A DNA stretch of 64,000 nt from the human T2T-CHM13v2.0 reference genome, Homo sapiens. Below, piece after piece: positions 46,111-61,026 of this stretch (position 1 is the first letter of the stretch; every line of letters begins with the position of its first letter). The position numbers and the translations under genes are program-made. Below the pieces are notes generated by a model. That model worked only from the letters and a program-made list of their open reading frames with translations, had not been told where the DNA came from and did no database searches. The DNA lies in assembly GCF_009914755.1 (NCBI RefSeq), contig NC_060933.1; one strand, 5' to 3'.

Positions 46111-46573
46111 CTATAAAACATATTTTTTGTAAATAAAAAAATTCAAAATAATTTTAAAGATACAAAAAACATATAAAGAATCCTAACGTTTTTGAGAATT
46201 TGCGTGCTATTTTTCATATATTATTTTAGCATAGAATATCCTAGAGGATAAGATTAAAGCATCCTTCGAAACCTGTTGCAAAATACTTTATGTAGACATA
46301 AAATTTTATAAATATTTACAAACACTCCTACAAGTTGAAACAGCTTCTTCAACCTAGCCTAACCTTCCCTAAAATTTACACACAATCTTTTATTTATAAT
46401 GACCTTTTATTTCAACATTAACAAGACGCAACTTCAGGCTGACTATATGGCTACTTATAGTATGCTTTAAACAATCTATAAAAGTTTTTATGAAATGGGG
46501 AATAGAGCCAGGTAGTGTCAACAATGGACAGAATGTTCAGTAAGATAAATTCATAAAGCTATACCAACTTTAT

Positions 46574-46586
46574 CCAGCAGGTGGCA
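46574..46586 (+). promoter_or_regulatory. CTCF core motif candidate
   Basis: CCAGCAGGTGGCA matches CCASYAGRKGGCR; motif match only. Confidence 0.5.
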
Positions 46587-47189
46587 TATAAAACCCAATA
46601 TGTCAATCTCCAGTAGAAAAAAAATAGTCTTGTGAACCGTACACACTAAAATTCATAGAGGAAAAAAAGAAAATCCTAACTGCATAGTATTGTAGTTCAA
46701 TTGTATGACTATATCATTTCTTTATCTTTTTTTTTTGTTGGACATTTGGTTTGTTTCCAGTGTTTTACTATTACAGTGCTGCTAAAAACTTTTACATGTA
46801 GGCTATACATGTCTTCTGAAATACATTAAGTTTTCTAGTATATAACTAGATCTTCCTATAACTAGGAAGATTTTACGGAGTATTAGGGTATTAATATCTT
46901 TTAGGTCATATTCCTTTCAAAGCTTTTTAACAGATGAAGGCTTATATTTAGAGTACTTTAGGAAGCTCAACATCACAAAAATATGAAGTATAGAATGGAA
47001 GACAGAGACTTAGGGCAATGAGGAAAATCTTAAAACCAGTCCAAGCCTGAGACAGAGGCCCTGAACATGAGTGTTTCACAGGGCAGTGATGTGAAAACTG
47101 AAAGGAAAGGGTGAATGTAAGAAATCTTCTAAGAGAAGATTTACTAGGGCTTTTTAACCATATTATGAAAAAAAAAAACACTTTAAGAC

Positions 47190-47990
47190 ATAGCTCATTC
47201 ATTCGAAGGTTTCTAATACGTTACAAATTTATGCTGGGCCTTGGTGAAAAAGTGAACAAGATAGTCTCTGCCTTCATAGAGCTTAGAAATATCAAGGGAA
47301 GGGGGGAATGGAGGGGAATTCAGTGAATAAGGAGGCAATTATGTCACAGGGTGACATATTCAATAGGAGATGCACAAATTGCTATGGAGAACCTAAGAGG
47401 GACATCTAGCCAGAGGAGTCACAGTAAAAAAGTACCTATTCCAAGGGGCTAAAACACTTGGCACCTTTGAAGTAACATTAGTTCATTGTGCGGGGCCAAT
47501 TTGGCAGGCTGGAAAGGTTGGCAAGATCCAGATCCTACAGGTCCTTGTAATTCATGTTAAGGAATTTGGATTTTAACCCATAGGGATGCCACTGAAAGGT
47601 GTGACGCAGTCGGATTGACATTTATAAAGATCATTAAGGCTAACATGCAACGAATAAATTAAAGGGCAGCAAGACTCCAGATTAGTCAGGAGGCTTTTAG
47701 AGTATTCCAAATGGTTGGGATCACAGAAGCAGGATTTGGGGGGATGGTAACAGACGAAGTTTCAGACATGTTAAGTTTTAAGTTGTAGGACATCAAAATA
47801 GAAATTACACAGGTGTGTAGCTAAAGATGGACAAAGGGGGAAGGAGGAGGGAGCCTTAAAAAGAAGCCAGAGAAGCAGGTGGAAAAATCAGAAGAAAAAT
47901 GTAGTAGAAGCCAAAAGAACAGCGTTTCAAAAAGGGAAAATGGTCAGGGATAGGAGTGAAACTATCCCTAGATTCAGCAACAAGGTTGCT
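47190..47990 (-). mobile_element. L2 fragments
   Basis: cattcattcg...aagtgaacaagatagtctctgccttcatagagctta...catgttaaggaatttggatttta. Confidence 0.6.
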
Positions 47991-49144
47991 GGTATTAATT
48001 CTCACTCCTGAGCTTCAGATCATTTTCTCCAGTGATCTACTGACCTACCAGTGAGCAATACGGGAAAGGCCCGAGCGGCACGTTTGAAATACATTGTTTT
48101 GGACAAGAAATTTGTTCATCTTCTCAGCAGAGCAGCCTCTGAATAACTGTGGGGAAACGCCAAAAATAAATTCCTTTATAAAATTACTTCCGAGCAAAAA
48201 ACGGGAATAAACTTACAGTCTACAAAGTTTTTAAAAAAAACAAAAGCAGTTATTTCTTATTTTTACATAAAAGGTCACGAAGTGGCCCAAGTCTGTACCT
48301 GTCTCTAGCAACAACTAGGAATATTATTTCCCGGAAACAGTATCATTTTATTTATATTTCTTAACTTTTTCCAAACTTCTAATACAGCCATATATTTGTT
48401 CTAGCCCTTCTATTTAACTGTAAGGTTTAAAAATATATTTCTCAAACTTTTCCAGTAAGAAACTTCTAGTGTAAGTGCATAAACCGCCCTTCACGAAACT
48501 ACCAAGTTCACAAACTTGTGGTTTCGAGTATCCCTGTACACTCTAAACGTTCTTAGTTTGAGAAATAGTCTTGGAGGACAGAGATTTTATTCTTACTTCC
48601 TACGCAGTGGTTTACAAACAGACCTCAAAAAAAAAGTGTTTAAGATAGGAGCGCTCCCTGCCAGCTGGCTGGAGGACTCTGGCTCGTGGGGAAGGGGAAT
48701 CTACTGACGAAAGCCCCACGTGTCGGGCATTTTACAGACGGGACATCCTTTAATGGCAACAGGTAGGTGGTTCCGGCCCTGTTTCACAGGTGACAGGTAT
48801 TTCTCCATTTTCAGGTGAGGTAGATGAGCGTCAGGAAGGTAAGATAACTTGGTAAGAGGTCACAGAGACAATTAGGGGGGCGTGTCTTAGCGTCAAAGCC
48901 TTGTTTCAAAGGCTAACTTTCCATCTCACTTGAGAAATGGGAATCTAACGCAGAGGGGGCCGGGCATCATTAACTCCCAAGATGAGAGGCAACCCATACG
49001 AGAAGCAAGTGACCCAGCCCCGACCTCGAAGACATTTGCTCTTGATCATGAGGCCCCAATGCCTCAGGAGAAGAGGCACCGGCAGCCCGCAAAATCCCAT
49101 GACACCAGAGGTCACGCCATTTTGTGACTGGGATCGTTAGTTAC

Positions 49145-49298
49145 CTAAATACCCGGTGATAATTGTGACTGGGATCTTGGCGCCGAGGCCAGACTTTTCC
49201 TCCTCCTCGCTTTGCGTCGTCTCAATGGGAACCAATTCAGGACAATCCTCCTCCGCAGGATCCTCCTCCTCATCCGCAGATCCAACAGCCGGTAACAT
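49145..49298 (-). CDS. ZNG1A: ZNG1/CBWD coding exon 1 ([51 protein letters not shown]|G)
   Basis: ATG at 49298 (ggaATG); 154 nt to TTTAG|gtaact; contains the CPELVPI METAP1-docking motif and the start of Walker A. Confidence 0.97.
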
Positions 49299-49520
49299 TC
49301 CGGCCTACAGCACGTCCCTACCTCAGCTGAACCGCTGGGACCAACACGCCGTACCGCAGCCGCGCACGCCCAGCACGCCACTCCCGGCCTGCCCGGGGCC
49401 TGACGTCATCACATCGCGACGCTCGCTGATCCCGCCCGGATTACCTGGGCTCTGGACGAGAAGCGCCTCGCCCCTTAGCCACACCCCCCGGGGAGGTGGG
49501 CTCTCCCCGACGACAGCTGG

Positions 49521-49538
49521 ACACGCCCCTGGGCGTGT
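49521..49538. promoter_or_regulatory. ZTRE-like palindrome (zinc transcriptional regulatory element)
   Basis: ACACGCCC-CT-GGGCGTGT is a perfect 8-bp inverted repeat resembling the SLC30A5 ZTRE CACTCCC-CC-GGGAGTG; CBWD genes are reported ZTRE/ZNF658 targets. Confidence 0.65.
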
Positions 49539-50169
49539 TCTGTGAACCTGAGCGACGCTGCGGAGAGTCCCTAGGGCGCACTAACCACCTGTCTGAAGGT
49601 GTCACTGGCGCCTAGAGCCTTAATAAGCTACTGGCTGTAGGTAGAGCTGAGGCCAGTCTGCTGGAAATCTGGAGTGGGTAGCCTGACCTAACCAGTTCCC
49701 ACAGGGCATAGATTTTATCACCTTGATTTTTTAGTCTCGTTAAAAAAAAAAGTTTTAATTCATAGGGGAAAGAATGGAAGGTTATAACATTACAATTTTA
49801 ATTGTAATTTTTATACCTGAAGGATAACCAGTGACACTTTTTTCTTTTTTTATTATTACATATTATATATGTAATTCCAAATTTTTAGTATTCATGCATC
49901 ACTTTTATTTACTTTTTTCTCATTATTTATTTGGACCTCAGGTAACCTGAGTTCATTAATCATATTTGCTGGTGCATGACACTCTCATCACTAATCCATA
50001 GATAGCCCTTCTTTCTAATATAAATTTATAGTGAACTCCTTTGACGTCATTCCTAACGTAAAAGCATTACCAGTAAGTTACACGTACCTATGTGCACCGC
50101 CCCTGCTTCCAATCCACAGCCTGCCCCATAAGATAGTAACAACAGTCATGAATTGGTTCTGGATTGCTG

Positions 50170-50720
50170 ATCATTCCCTGTTTTCTTTTTAATTTTATCA
50201 CATATCCCACATACGTACTTAGAGAATATGTTGTTTAATTTTGGGTGTTTTTGAGCTTCATAAAATTATCCATATAATATATAAACTCCTGAGGCTTGCT
50301 ATACTTTTCAGCATCACTGCTGTCTTGTATTCTATTGTGTGGCTACACGGCAATTTATTCATTTCCTCTCAATTGTTCCAGGTTTTGCTCTTATGAACAG
50401 GGCTGCTATGAACATTTTTCCTGATATATGTGTGTGCAACTTCCTCTTGAGTGTCTGTGTAAGAGTTGAATTGCTGGGTCCTAGATTATTCAAATGTTTT
50501 ACTTCACAAGAAAATGCACAATTATTTTTCAAAATGTTTGTACAAATTGATACATTTTCCCAGCAAATTATAAGAGATCTCATTGGTCTGTAGGTCAATA
50601 TTATCAGGCATGCATTTTTCACCAATCAATTGTGTACAAAAGAAGACTTCATTGTGATCTTCATTTGCATTTCCTTGATTACTAACAAGGTTGAGAATCT
50701 TTTCATGTGTTTTGGCAATA
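50170..50720 (-). mobile_element. Old L1M fragment (ORF2 3' region)
   Basis: Minus-strand remnant KMFIAALFIRAK; ttcatttgcatttccttgattactaac. Confidence 0.7.
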
Positions 50721-51465
50721 TTTAATTCTTAGAATGACCCTGTAGAGTGTTATCCCTCTTTCAAACATGAGGCACCAAGAGTTAAGTTACTTGTCCAGGT
50801 TAGGTCATAAAAATCTATCTGATGCACAAGTAGAATGTTTTACTACTATCCTGATGCCAAATAAAAGGTTGACTTTTCCTTCCTTCTCTGAAATTCCCCA
50901 TAAAATATACTGTGTGTATTCCATTAGTTCTACTGATAAGGACATATAACTTGAAAGTATTTATCACGCCTTTTGCAGAACACAGTTAAGACAGAGGGTT
51001 TATATTTGTGCAAATGAGTATATTATATTCACACATACACTCGGTCTGAGAAATCAGGTCTTGAATGCTTTGCCAGCTTTGACAATGTAACCATGAACCA
51101 GCTGAGGAAGAAATAAGGCAAATACCTTAGGCATGGTGGTTCAGTTCACTTTATTCTACCAAAGGAGAGAAGCTGTGATGGGTAGCCCAAAATAGATAGC
51201 TTACACCCTAAACACAATGGTTCATAAGCTTTTTCGTTTCAGGAATGCTATGAAGTATTGATTTTTTTGGCAACCTAAGGGAAGGAGTAACATTGCACCC
51301 ACAGGCATCACACTATTTGCTTGATGTCCCTTCAGCACTGCATTACTGCCTGAATAGCAGCTATTACAGCCCTCACCACCTTCTTTGACATATTTTTTAA
51401 AGTACATTCTTGTGGGTTCCCAATATGGCACTGGCTGAATGTTATACTAAAATCCCTCTTTCTGT

Positions 51466-51690
51466 TTTTTGAGACAGGGTCTCACTCTGTCGCCCAGCAT
51501 GGATTGCATTGGCACGATCACAGCTCACTGCAGTCCTAAACTCCTGGGCTCAGGTGATCCTCCCATCTCAGCCTCCCAAGTAGCTGGGACTCCAGTCATA
51601 TGCCATTACATCTGGCTAATTTTTCTTTTTCTTTTTGGTAGAGACAGGGTCTCACTATGTTGTCCAGTCTGGTCTAAAGTCTCATCTCTA
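51466..51690 (-). mobile_element. AluJ-like, partial
   Basis: Reverse Alu right arm plus part of the left arm. Confidence 0.85.
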
Positions 51691-51809
51691 ACAATGAGCA
51701 GCCTGTAACCTATGAGGCCAGCTCAGTCAAGTTGACTAAATAGCATTGTTGTAACAGTATGTAGCCTCAGTGACAGCAAAATAAGTTTTACACATTGGCC
51801 AAAAATTAA

Positions 51810-52260
51810 ATGCACCACAAATATCTATCAACTGATAGACAACTAAAATGTGACAAATGGATAAACAAAATATGATCTATCCGTACAATGGAAAATTATT
51901 TGGCAATAAACAGGAAAAAGGACTGATACCTGCTACAACATGAACCAATCTTGAAAACATTATGGTAAGTGAAAAAGGCTATTCACAAAAGACCACACTT
52001 TGTATGATCCCATTTACATAAAATATCCAAAATAGGCAAATCTATAGAGACAGAAAGTGCATTAATGGTTCCCAGGAGTGGAGGGCTGGGGAGAGACTAC
52101 AGTGGTTTTTGGGCAGTGATGAAAATGTTCTAAAATTGATTATGGTGATGGTAGTACAACTCTGATTATACTGAAAACCATTGACTTGTACACTTTAAAT
52201 TGGTGAACTGTATCATATGTGAAATTTATCTCAATAAAGCTGCTATTCTTAAAAGAAATA
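51810..52260 (+). mobile_element. L1MB-like 3' end
   Basis: aatggataaacaaaat...aataggcaaatctatagagacagaaag...tatctcaataaagctg. Confidence 0.82.
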
Positions 52261-52505
52261 AACACCTATCTGTGCATCAAAATGGGGTGCCTGTGTACAT
52301 TTGTAGAGAAACACTGTCTTCAGCAGTTTCAAGTTCTGGCCTCAGGCACAAGTATAAAGATTACAGCTTGATAAAATTTTTCCTTTAGTCTGTTCCATAT
52401 TCCTCTTCAGTTAAATTTTTATCTATGGATTCTGTGGAGTCCTGTCATTTTATTTTCTCAGATAGAGTTGTAATTTCAGTTCTCCCAAAATAGCTGGGCA
52501 TGACT

Positions 52506-52814
52506 TTTTATTTTTATTTCTTTTTTCTTTTTGAGATGGAGTCTTGATCTGTTGCTGAGGCTGGAGTGCAGTGGCACGATCTTGGCTCACTGAAACCTCT
52601 GCCTCCGGGTTCAAGCGATTCTCCTGCCTCAGCCTCCTGAGTAGCTGGGATTACAGGTATGCACCACCACGCCCGGCTAATTTTTGTATTTTTAGTAGAG
52701 ACGAGGTTTCACCACGTTAGCCAGGCTGGTCTTGAACTCCTGACCTCCTGATCCATCCACCTGCCTCAGCCTCCTAAAGAGCTGGGATTACAGGCGTGAG
52801 CCACTGTGCCGGGC
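52506..52814 (-). mobile_element. AluS-like
   Basis: Reverse Alu dimer. Confidence 0.9.
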
Positions 52815-53014
52815 TTTTTTTTTTTTTTTTTTAACTTATAAGAGGGTTAAATTGTTAAATTGTTAAATTGAAAATGCCTTTTTAAATAAGTATGAAATTT
52901 CTTAATTATAATATTTTAGAATCTATTACAGTTTCTGATGTAACTTAAAAATTCCTCCTCATTTAGCTTTGCTATTTTGTCTCATTTACTTTACGGTAAA
53001 ACAACAACAACAAC

Positions 53015-53240
53015 AATAGTAATGTGTGGAGCCCGTAAGCATCTGATAGGCACTGTGTGAAGCACATTAAATGCATTATCCCATTTAACTCTCCAAGGTA
53101 AATACTATTTGTGTGCCCATTTTATAGATGAGGAAATTGAGGCTTAGAAAAGATAAATACCTTGCTCAAAGTCATACAATCAGTAAATGGCAGCCCTTGG
53201 GCTCAATCCAAACCTGCCTGACACTAAATCTCCTGCTCTT
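53015..53240 (-). mobile_element. MIR
   Basis: cccattttatagatgaggaaattgaggcttaga core. Confidence 0.8.
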
Positions 53241-53247
53241 TTAAACC

Positions 53248-54585
<1,338 letters not shown>

Positions 54586-56139
54586 ATCTAAGCTAATATA
54601 ATATACTGTTTTCTTAAGCAGAGTTAATGAAATTTTGCAAAATTGGATCCTCCTTGCTCTTTTAAACTCAGTTTGTAAATCACTCACCATTAAAACAATC
54701 CTGGACCCTCAAAGGGTTAGGTACCACTGTGCCAATTACCACAGTGCTAATATTCAGAGGAAGATCTGAAGCTGAGAAGCTTAAACTTTTTTCCCAAGGT
54801 CACTAATACCTGGCCTGGGAAAGACCTAATTAAGGTGAAACTTGAGTCTTTGCATTGTAGTAGGAGTCCGCCTAGGTGGGAGCAGAGCAGAGCAGATAAG
54901 CTCTTAAACTGTCTGGATTTCAGCAGCTCAGCTTTCTGACAATAACCTTGCCATATGTCCTTTGGCACAATTCCCTACTAATTCCCTACTACTCCCCTTT
55001 GCTTGGTTCTTCTCTCTTGAATAGTTATGTTAATCACCATAAGAAAAAGAACTGTAGCTATATCCAAATAAGAAGAAAGCTAAAAATAATACCAACTTGG
55101 TTTTGTTTTTCGTTTTTTTCTTTCTCATTTTTGCAACTTCCTGCAAAGGAAACAACATACTAGTGGCCAGCAATAGCTACTGGTTTAGAGGAAAGGAAAC
55201 TGAGAGTTTCAAAATTAACCCAGTTCCTCTTATCTAGCTGTGGCAAGTAAATAAATAAAATATTTTTAAATGTTTAAAGTTTATCAGTTTATTTAACATT
55301 TTTCATTGGGTACACATGAACTTGTTGGGAACATATCTAAAAGGCCAGAGGCCAATGGCTTGTATTCTTGTGACTGCTTTGGTTAAGGTTGAATATCAAT
55401 ATTCAAGTGTCATATAGTCGTCTTTTAAGATATACAACCACTGTAAGGACAGGAAAGAATATTTCCTCTCCAGAATACTGAAGATGACTAGCAGGTGAAA
55501 AATGTACATTTCAATGTTTTTAGGGGCTGTGACATTAAAGGCTGTAAGTAACATTGTTTGAATTCATTATCTTTGGTGGTTAAACCATTCTATTAATAAG
55601 TCTTAGCTTACAGTTGAGTCACTTGTAAGTCAGCTTGCCATGAAATTAAAAAAAAAAAAAAAAGAAAACACCATTCAAAGCCCTCAAGCTGACAAGTTGA
55701 GTGGTGCACCAATCTCTCTAAAAGAAACTATATTTTAGATACTATAGGAGTGGTGGAATGACAGGAGTGGAGGTTGGGCAAAATGAAAAAAAATGTTTTG
55801 CAATGATGTATGGTGTAATAGTTTAGGAGAGAGTCTAAATAATTTCTTCCATTGTCATTAGAAATTTTTAACTGACATTTGTGGCTATAAGTTTCACTTT
55901 CTAATTTTTATAGTGTTAGAGAAGGATATTCCAAAATCCATAGGCACCTGCTTATAATTCCTTAAACGTAAGTAAAAGGCATGAAACAAATGATCCATCT
56001 CCATTCTTCCTTCCCCTTTCTATTCCCTCGAAGAGTGTTTAATCATACTTAATTGAAATACCATGGTACTGGCAAAGCCAGGTCTTTCTGGCTTCAAGAC
56101 CAGGGTCTTTTGAGTCCTATAGCTCTGTCCTTCAGTCAT

Positions 56140-56370
56140 TGTCTTAGACCTTTTGTGCTGCTATAACAAAATATCCAATACAGGGTAATTTATAAATAAT
56201 AAAAATTTATTTCTCACAGTTCTAGAGGCTATGAAGTCCAAAATCAAGGTGCCAGGAAGTTTTTGTCTAGTGAGGGCTGGTCTCTGCTTCCAAGATGGTA
56301 CCTCAAAAGCTGTGTCCTCCTGAGGGGATGAACACTGTGTGTTCACCTGGCAGAAGGAGACAGAAATAAG
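56140..56370. mobile_element. MaLR LTR fragment (MLT1/MST-like)
   Basis: tgtcttag...gctgctataacaaaata...ttatttctcacagttctagaggct...aagtccaaaatcaaggtgcc. Confidence 0.75.
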
Positions 56371-56445
56371 CTTTCACATTGTTTAAGTTTCTGTTTATGC
56401 CACTGAAACTAATCCTAACCAACTTATTTGATTAATTGTTTTTTA

Positions 56446-56949
<504 letters not shown>

Positions 56950-57275
56950 TTAATAGACATAGGTCCAGATTTTTTTGGTCCAATATTATCTTTGCCCCTG
57001 CCATGTTAGGTATTTTTCTGTGGGAGAAGCAAGATTCCCTCCTGAAAGAATATTCCTGTTTAGACTAAGTCTTATGTATATGAATATATGTATTTGCATA
57101 CATGTGCGTTCATAAAATTATAACAGAAAGATAGAGTACATTTGTATACATATGTGGCTTTTGTTTTTAATAACTAGGAACATACATAGGCTTTGTTCTG
57201 GAGCTTGCTTTCTTCACTTGACAATATGCACTGATACTCTTTCCTTCTCACTAGAATTAGAAATACATCACTCAT

Positions 57276-57666
<391 letters not shown>

Positions 57667-58143
57667 TGACTAACTACCTCTTCAAAACATGCTCGAAAGT
57701 AAATTCAACATATTATCAAGAAATATAAGAAAGTATGTTGATTAGCCATAGCTTGTATGTTTAATAATAAACTTTATTCTTATTCTCCTTTGATATTTTA
57801 GACTTGTTAGCTTCGCTTATTGAATTAGTTTACTTCAGTTATGGAAATATCAAATTCAATATATTTTAATATTAATTTCTTATTAACAGTTCTGGTTACT
57901 TATAATTAATATGATTCTACCCATATACTGTATTTTTATAGCAAACTCATATTTTGGATTGTGTATTGCTATCCATAAATTTACACATGTACTTTCATAA
58001 TTTAATTGTGGTTAATGAGTTTTTGGCAGCAGTATACAATACACAGATTAAAATTAATTCTGAACTGATGCTAGAAGAAAGATGAGTTCACATATTGCAT
58101 CTTGATAATAGTGCTGGTTTGTGCCTAAAGTATAGCTTAGCTA

Positions 58144-58506
<363 letters not shown>

Positions 58507-58796
58507 CTATATGCTTTTACATCATAATGGTTCCTTTTACTTCATGTATTTTTGTTCATGAAATTCTGTAAATCATACAAGCTACAGATGGTGACAGCAG
58601 TAGAAATATAAACTTTAGCACACTTGTGTATGCATTAATATGTTCAAAATATATAAAGAAATGGTATTTATATAAATAAATACATACAATTATTTGATCA
58701 TAATCAGAGGTTAACATGGGTTACCTTTTGGGGAGAGGAAACAGCAGAGGTGATACGGTTGGCAGACAAAGAGGGTATGGAGAAGTAATCTCCCAC

Positions 58797-61026
58797 TGTA
58801 TTAGTCTGTTTTCACACTGCTGGGCAATTTGCAAAAGAAAGAGGTTTATTGGACTTACAGTTCCACATGGCTGGAGAGGCCTCACAATCATGGCGGAAGG
58901 TGAAAGGCATGTCTCACCTGGAAGCAGACAAGAGAAGAGAGCTTGTGCAGGGAAACTCCCCTTTTCAAAACCATCAGATCTCATGAGACTTATTCACTAT
59001 CACAAAAACAGCATGAGAAAGGCCTGCCCCCATGATTCAACTACCTCCCACTGGGTCCCTCCCACAATACATGGGAATCCAAGATGAGATTTGGGTGGGG
59101 ACACAGCCAAACCATACCATTCCACCCCAGCCCTTCCCAAATCTCATGTTCTCACATTTTAAAATGAGTCATGGCTTCCCAACCGTCTCCCAAAGTCTTA
59201 ATTCATTTTAGTATTAATTCATTTCAGCATTAACTCAAAAGTCCACAGTCCAAAGTCCAAAGTCTCATCCAAGACAAGGCAAGTCCCTTCCACCTACGGG
59301 CCTGTAAAATCAAAAGCGAGTTAGTTACTTCCTAGATATAATGGGGGTACAGCATTTGGTAAATACAGCCATCCCAAATGGGAGAAATTGGCCAAAACAA
59401 AGGGGAAACAGGCCCCATGAAAGTCTGAAATCCAGTGGGACAGTCAAATCTTAAAGCTCCAAAATGATCTCCTTTGCCTCCATGTCTCACATCCAGGTCA
59501 TGCTGATGCAAGGGGTTGGTTCCTATGGTCTTGGGCAGCTCTGCCCCTCAGGTTTTGCAGGGTACAGCCTCTCTCCAGGTTGCTTTCACAGGCTGGCATT
59601 GAGTGTCTGTGGCTTTTCTAGGTGCACAGTGCAAGCCGTCCATGGATCTACCATTCTGGGGTCTAAAGAACAGTGGCCCTCTTCTCACTGCTCCACTAGA
59701 TGGTGCCCCAGTAGGGACGCTGTTTGGGGGCTCCAATCTCACATTTCCCTTTCACACTGCCCTAGCAGAGGTTCTCCATGAGGGACCCACCCCTACCGCA
59801 AACTTCTACATCTTCTGATATCTAGGCGGAGTTTCCCAAACCTCAATTCTTGACTTCTGTGCACCCACAGGCTCAAAGCCATGTGGAAGCTGCCAAGGCT
59901 TGGGGCTTGCACCCTCTGAAGCAACAGACAGAGCTGTACTTTGGCCCCTTTCATTCATGGCTGGGATGCAGGGTATGAAGTCCCTAGACTGCATACAGCA
60001 GAGGGACCCTGGGCCCAGCCCACGAAACCACTTTTTCCTCCTAAACCTCTGGGCCTGTGATGGGAGGGTTGCCATGAAGAACTCTGACATGCCCTGGAGA
60101 CACTTTCCCCATTGTCTTCGGGATTAACATTCAGCTCCTTGTTACTTATGCAAATTTCTGCAGCCAGCTTGAATTTCTCCTCAGAAAATGGGATTTTCTT
60201 TTCTAGCACATTGTCAGGCTGCAAATTTTCCAAACTTTTGTGCTCTGCTTCCCTTATAAAACTGAATACCTTTAACAGCACCCAAGTCACCTCTTGAATG
60301 CTTTGCTGCTTAGAAATTTCTTCTGCCAGGTACCCTAAATCATCTCTCTCAAGTTAAAAGTTCCACATATATCTATGGCAGGGGCAAAATGCCCCTAGTA
60401 TCTTTACTAAAACATAAGAAGAGTCACCATTGCTCCAGTTCCCAACAAGTTTCTTGTTTCCATCTAAGACCACCTCAGCCTGGACTTTATTGTCTATATC
60501 ACTGTCAGCATTTTGGGCAAAGTCATTCAACAGGTCTCTAGGAAGCTCCAAACTTTCCCACATATTCCTGTCTTCTGAGCCCTCAAAACTGTTCCAACCT
60601 CTGCTTGTTGCCCAGTTCCAAAGTTTCTTCCACATTTTCAGGTATCATTTCAGCAGCGCCCCACTCTACTTGTACCAATTTACTGTATTGTTTCATTTTT
60701 ATGCTGCTGATAAAGACATACCTGAGACTGAGCAATTTGCAAAAGAAAGGGGTTTATTGGACTTACAGTTCCACATGGCTGGGGAGGCCTCACAATCATG
60801 GCGGAAGGCAAAAGGCACATCTCACATGGAACCAGACAGGAGAAGAGAGCTTATGCAGGGAAACTCATCTTTTTAAAACCATCAGATCTCGTGAGACTTT
60901 TTCACTATCCCGAGAACAGCACAGGAAAGACCTGCCCCCATAATTCAATTACCTCCCACCGGGTCCCCCCACAACACATGGGAATTCAAGATGAGATTTG
61001 GGTGGGGACACAGCCAAACCATATCA
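58797..61026 (-). mobile_element. Full-length THE1 (ERVL-MaLR): LTR 58797-59119, internal region, LTR 60684-61026
   Basis: Two directly repeated LTRs whose reverse complement starts TG(A/G)TATGGTTTGGCTGTGTCCCCACCCAAATCTCATCTTG; ~1.56-kb internal region; 5-bp TSD cccac/ccccc. Confidence 0.92.

Larger units (their letters stand above)
49000..49620 (-). promoter_or_regulatory. CpG-island promoter and 5'UTR of ZNG1
   Basis: Only CpG-dense non-repeat block. Palindromic CRE TGACGTCA at 49401-49408 (second copy 50042-50049), YY1-type CGCCATTTTG at 49115-49124, GC boxes, no TATA. TSS not determinable, likely ~49400-49480. Confidence 0.85.

Noticed and set aside
49145-49545. ORFs 49156-49545 (+, 129 aa) and 49145-49381 (-, 78 aa)
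   Set aside because: Antisense and alternative-frame by-products of GC-rich exon 1; no recognisable protein similarity.
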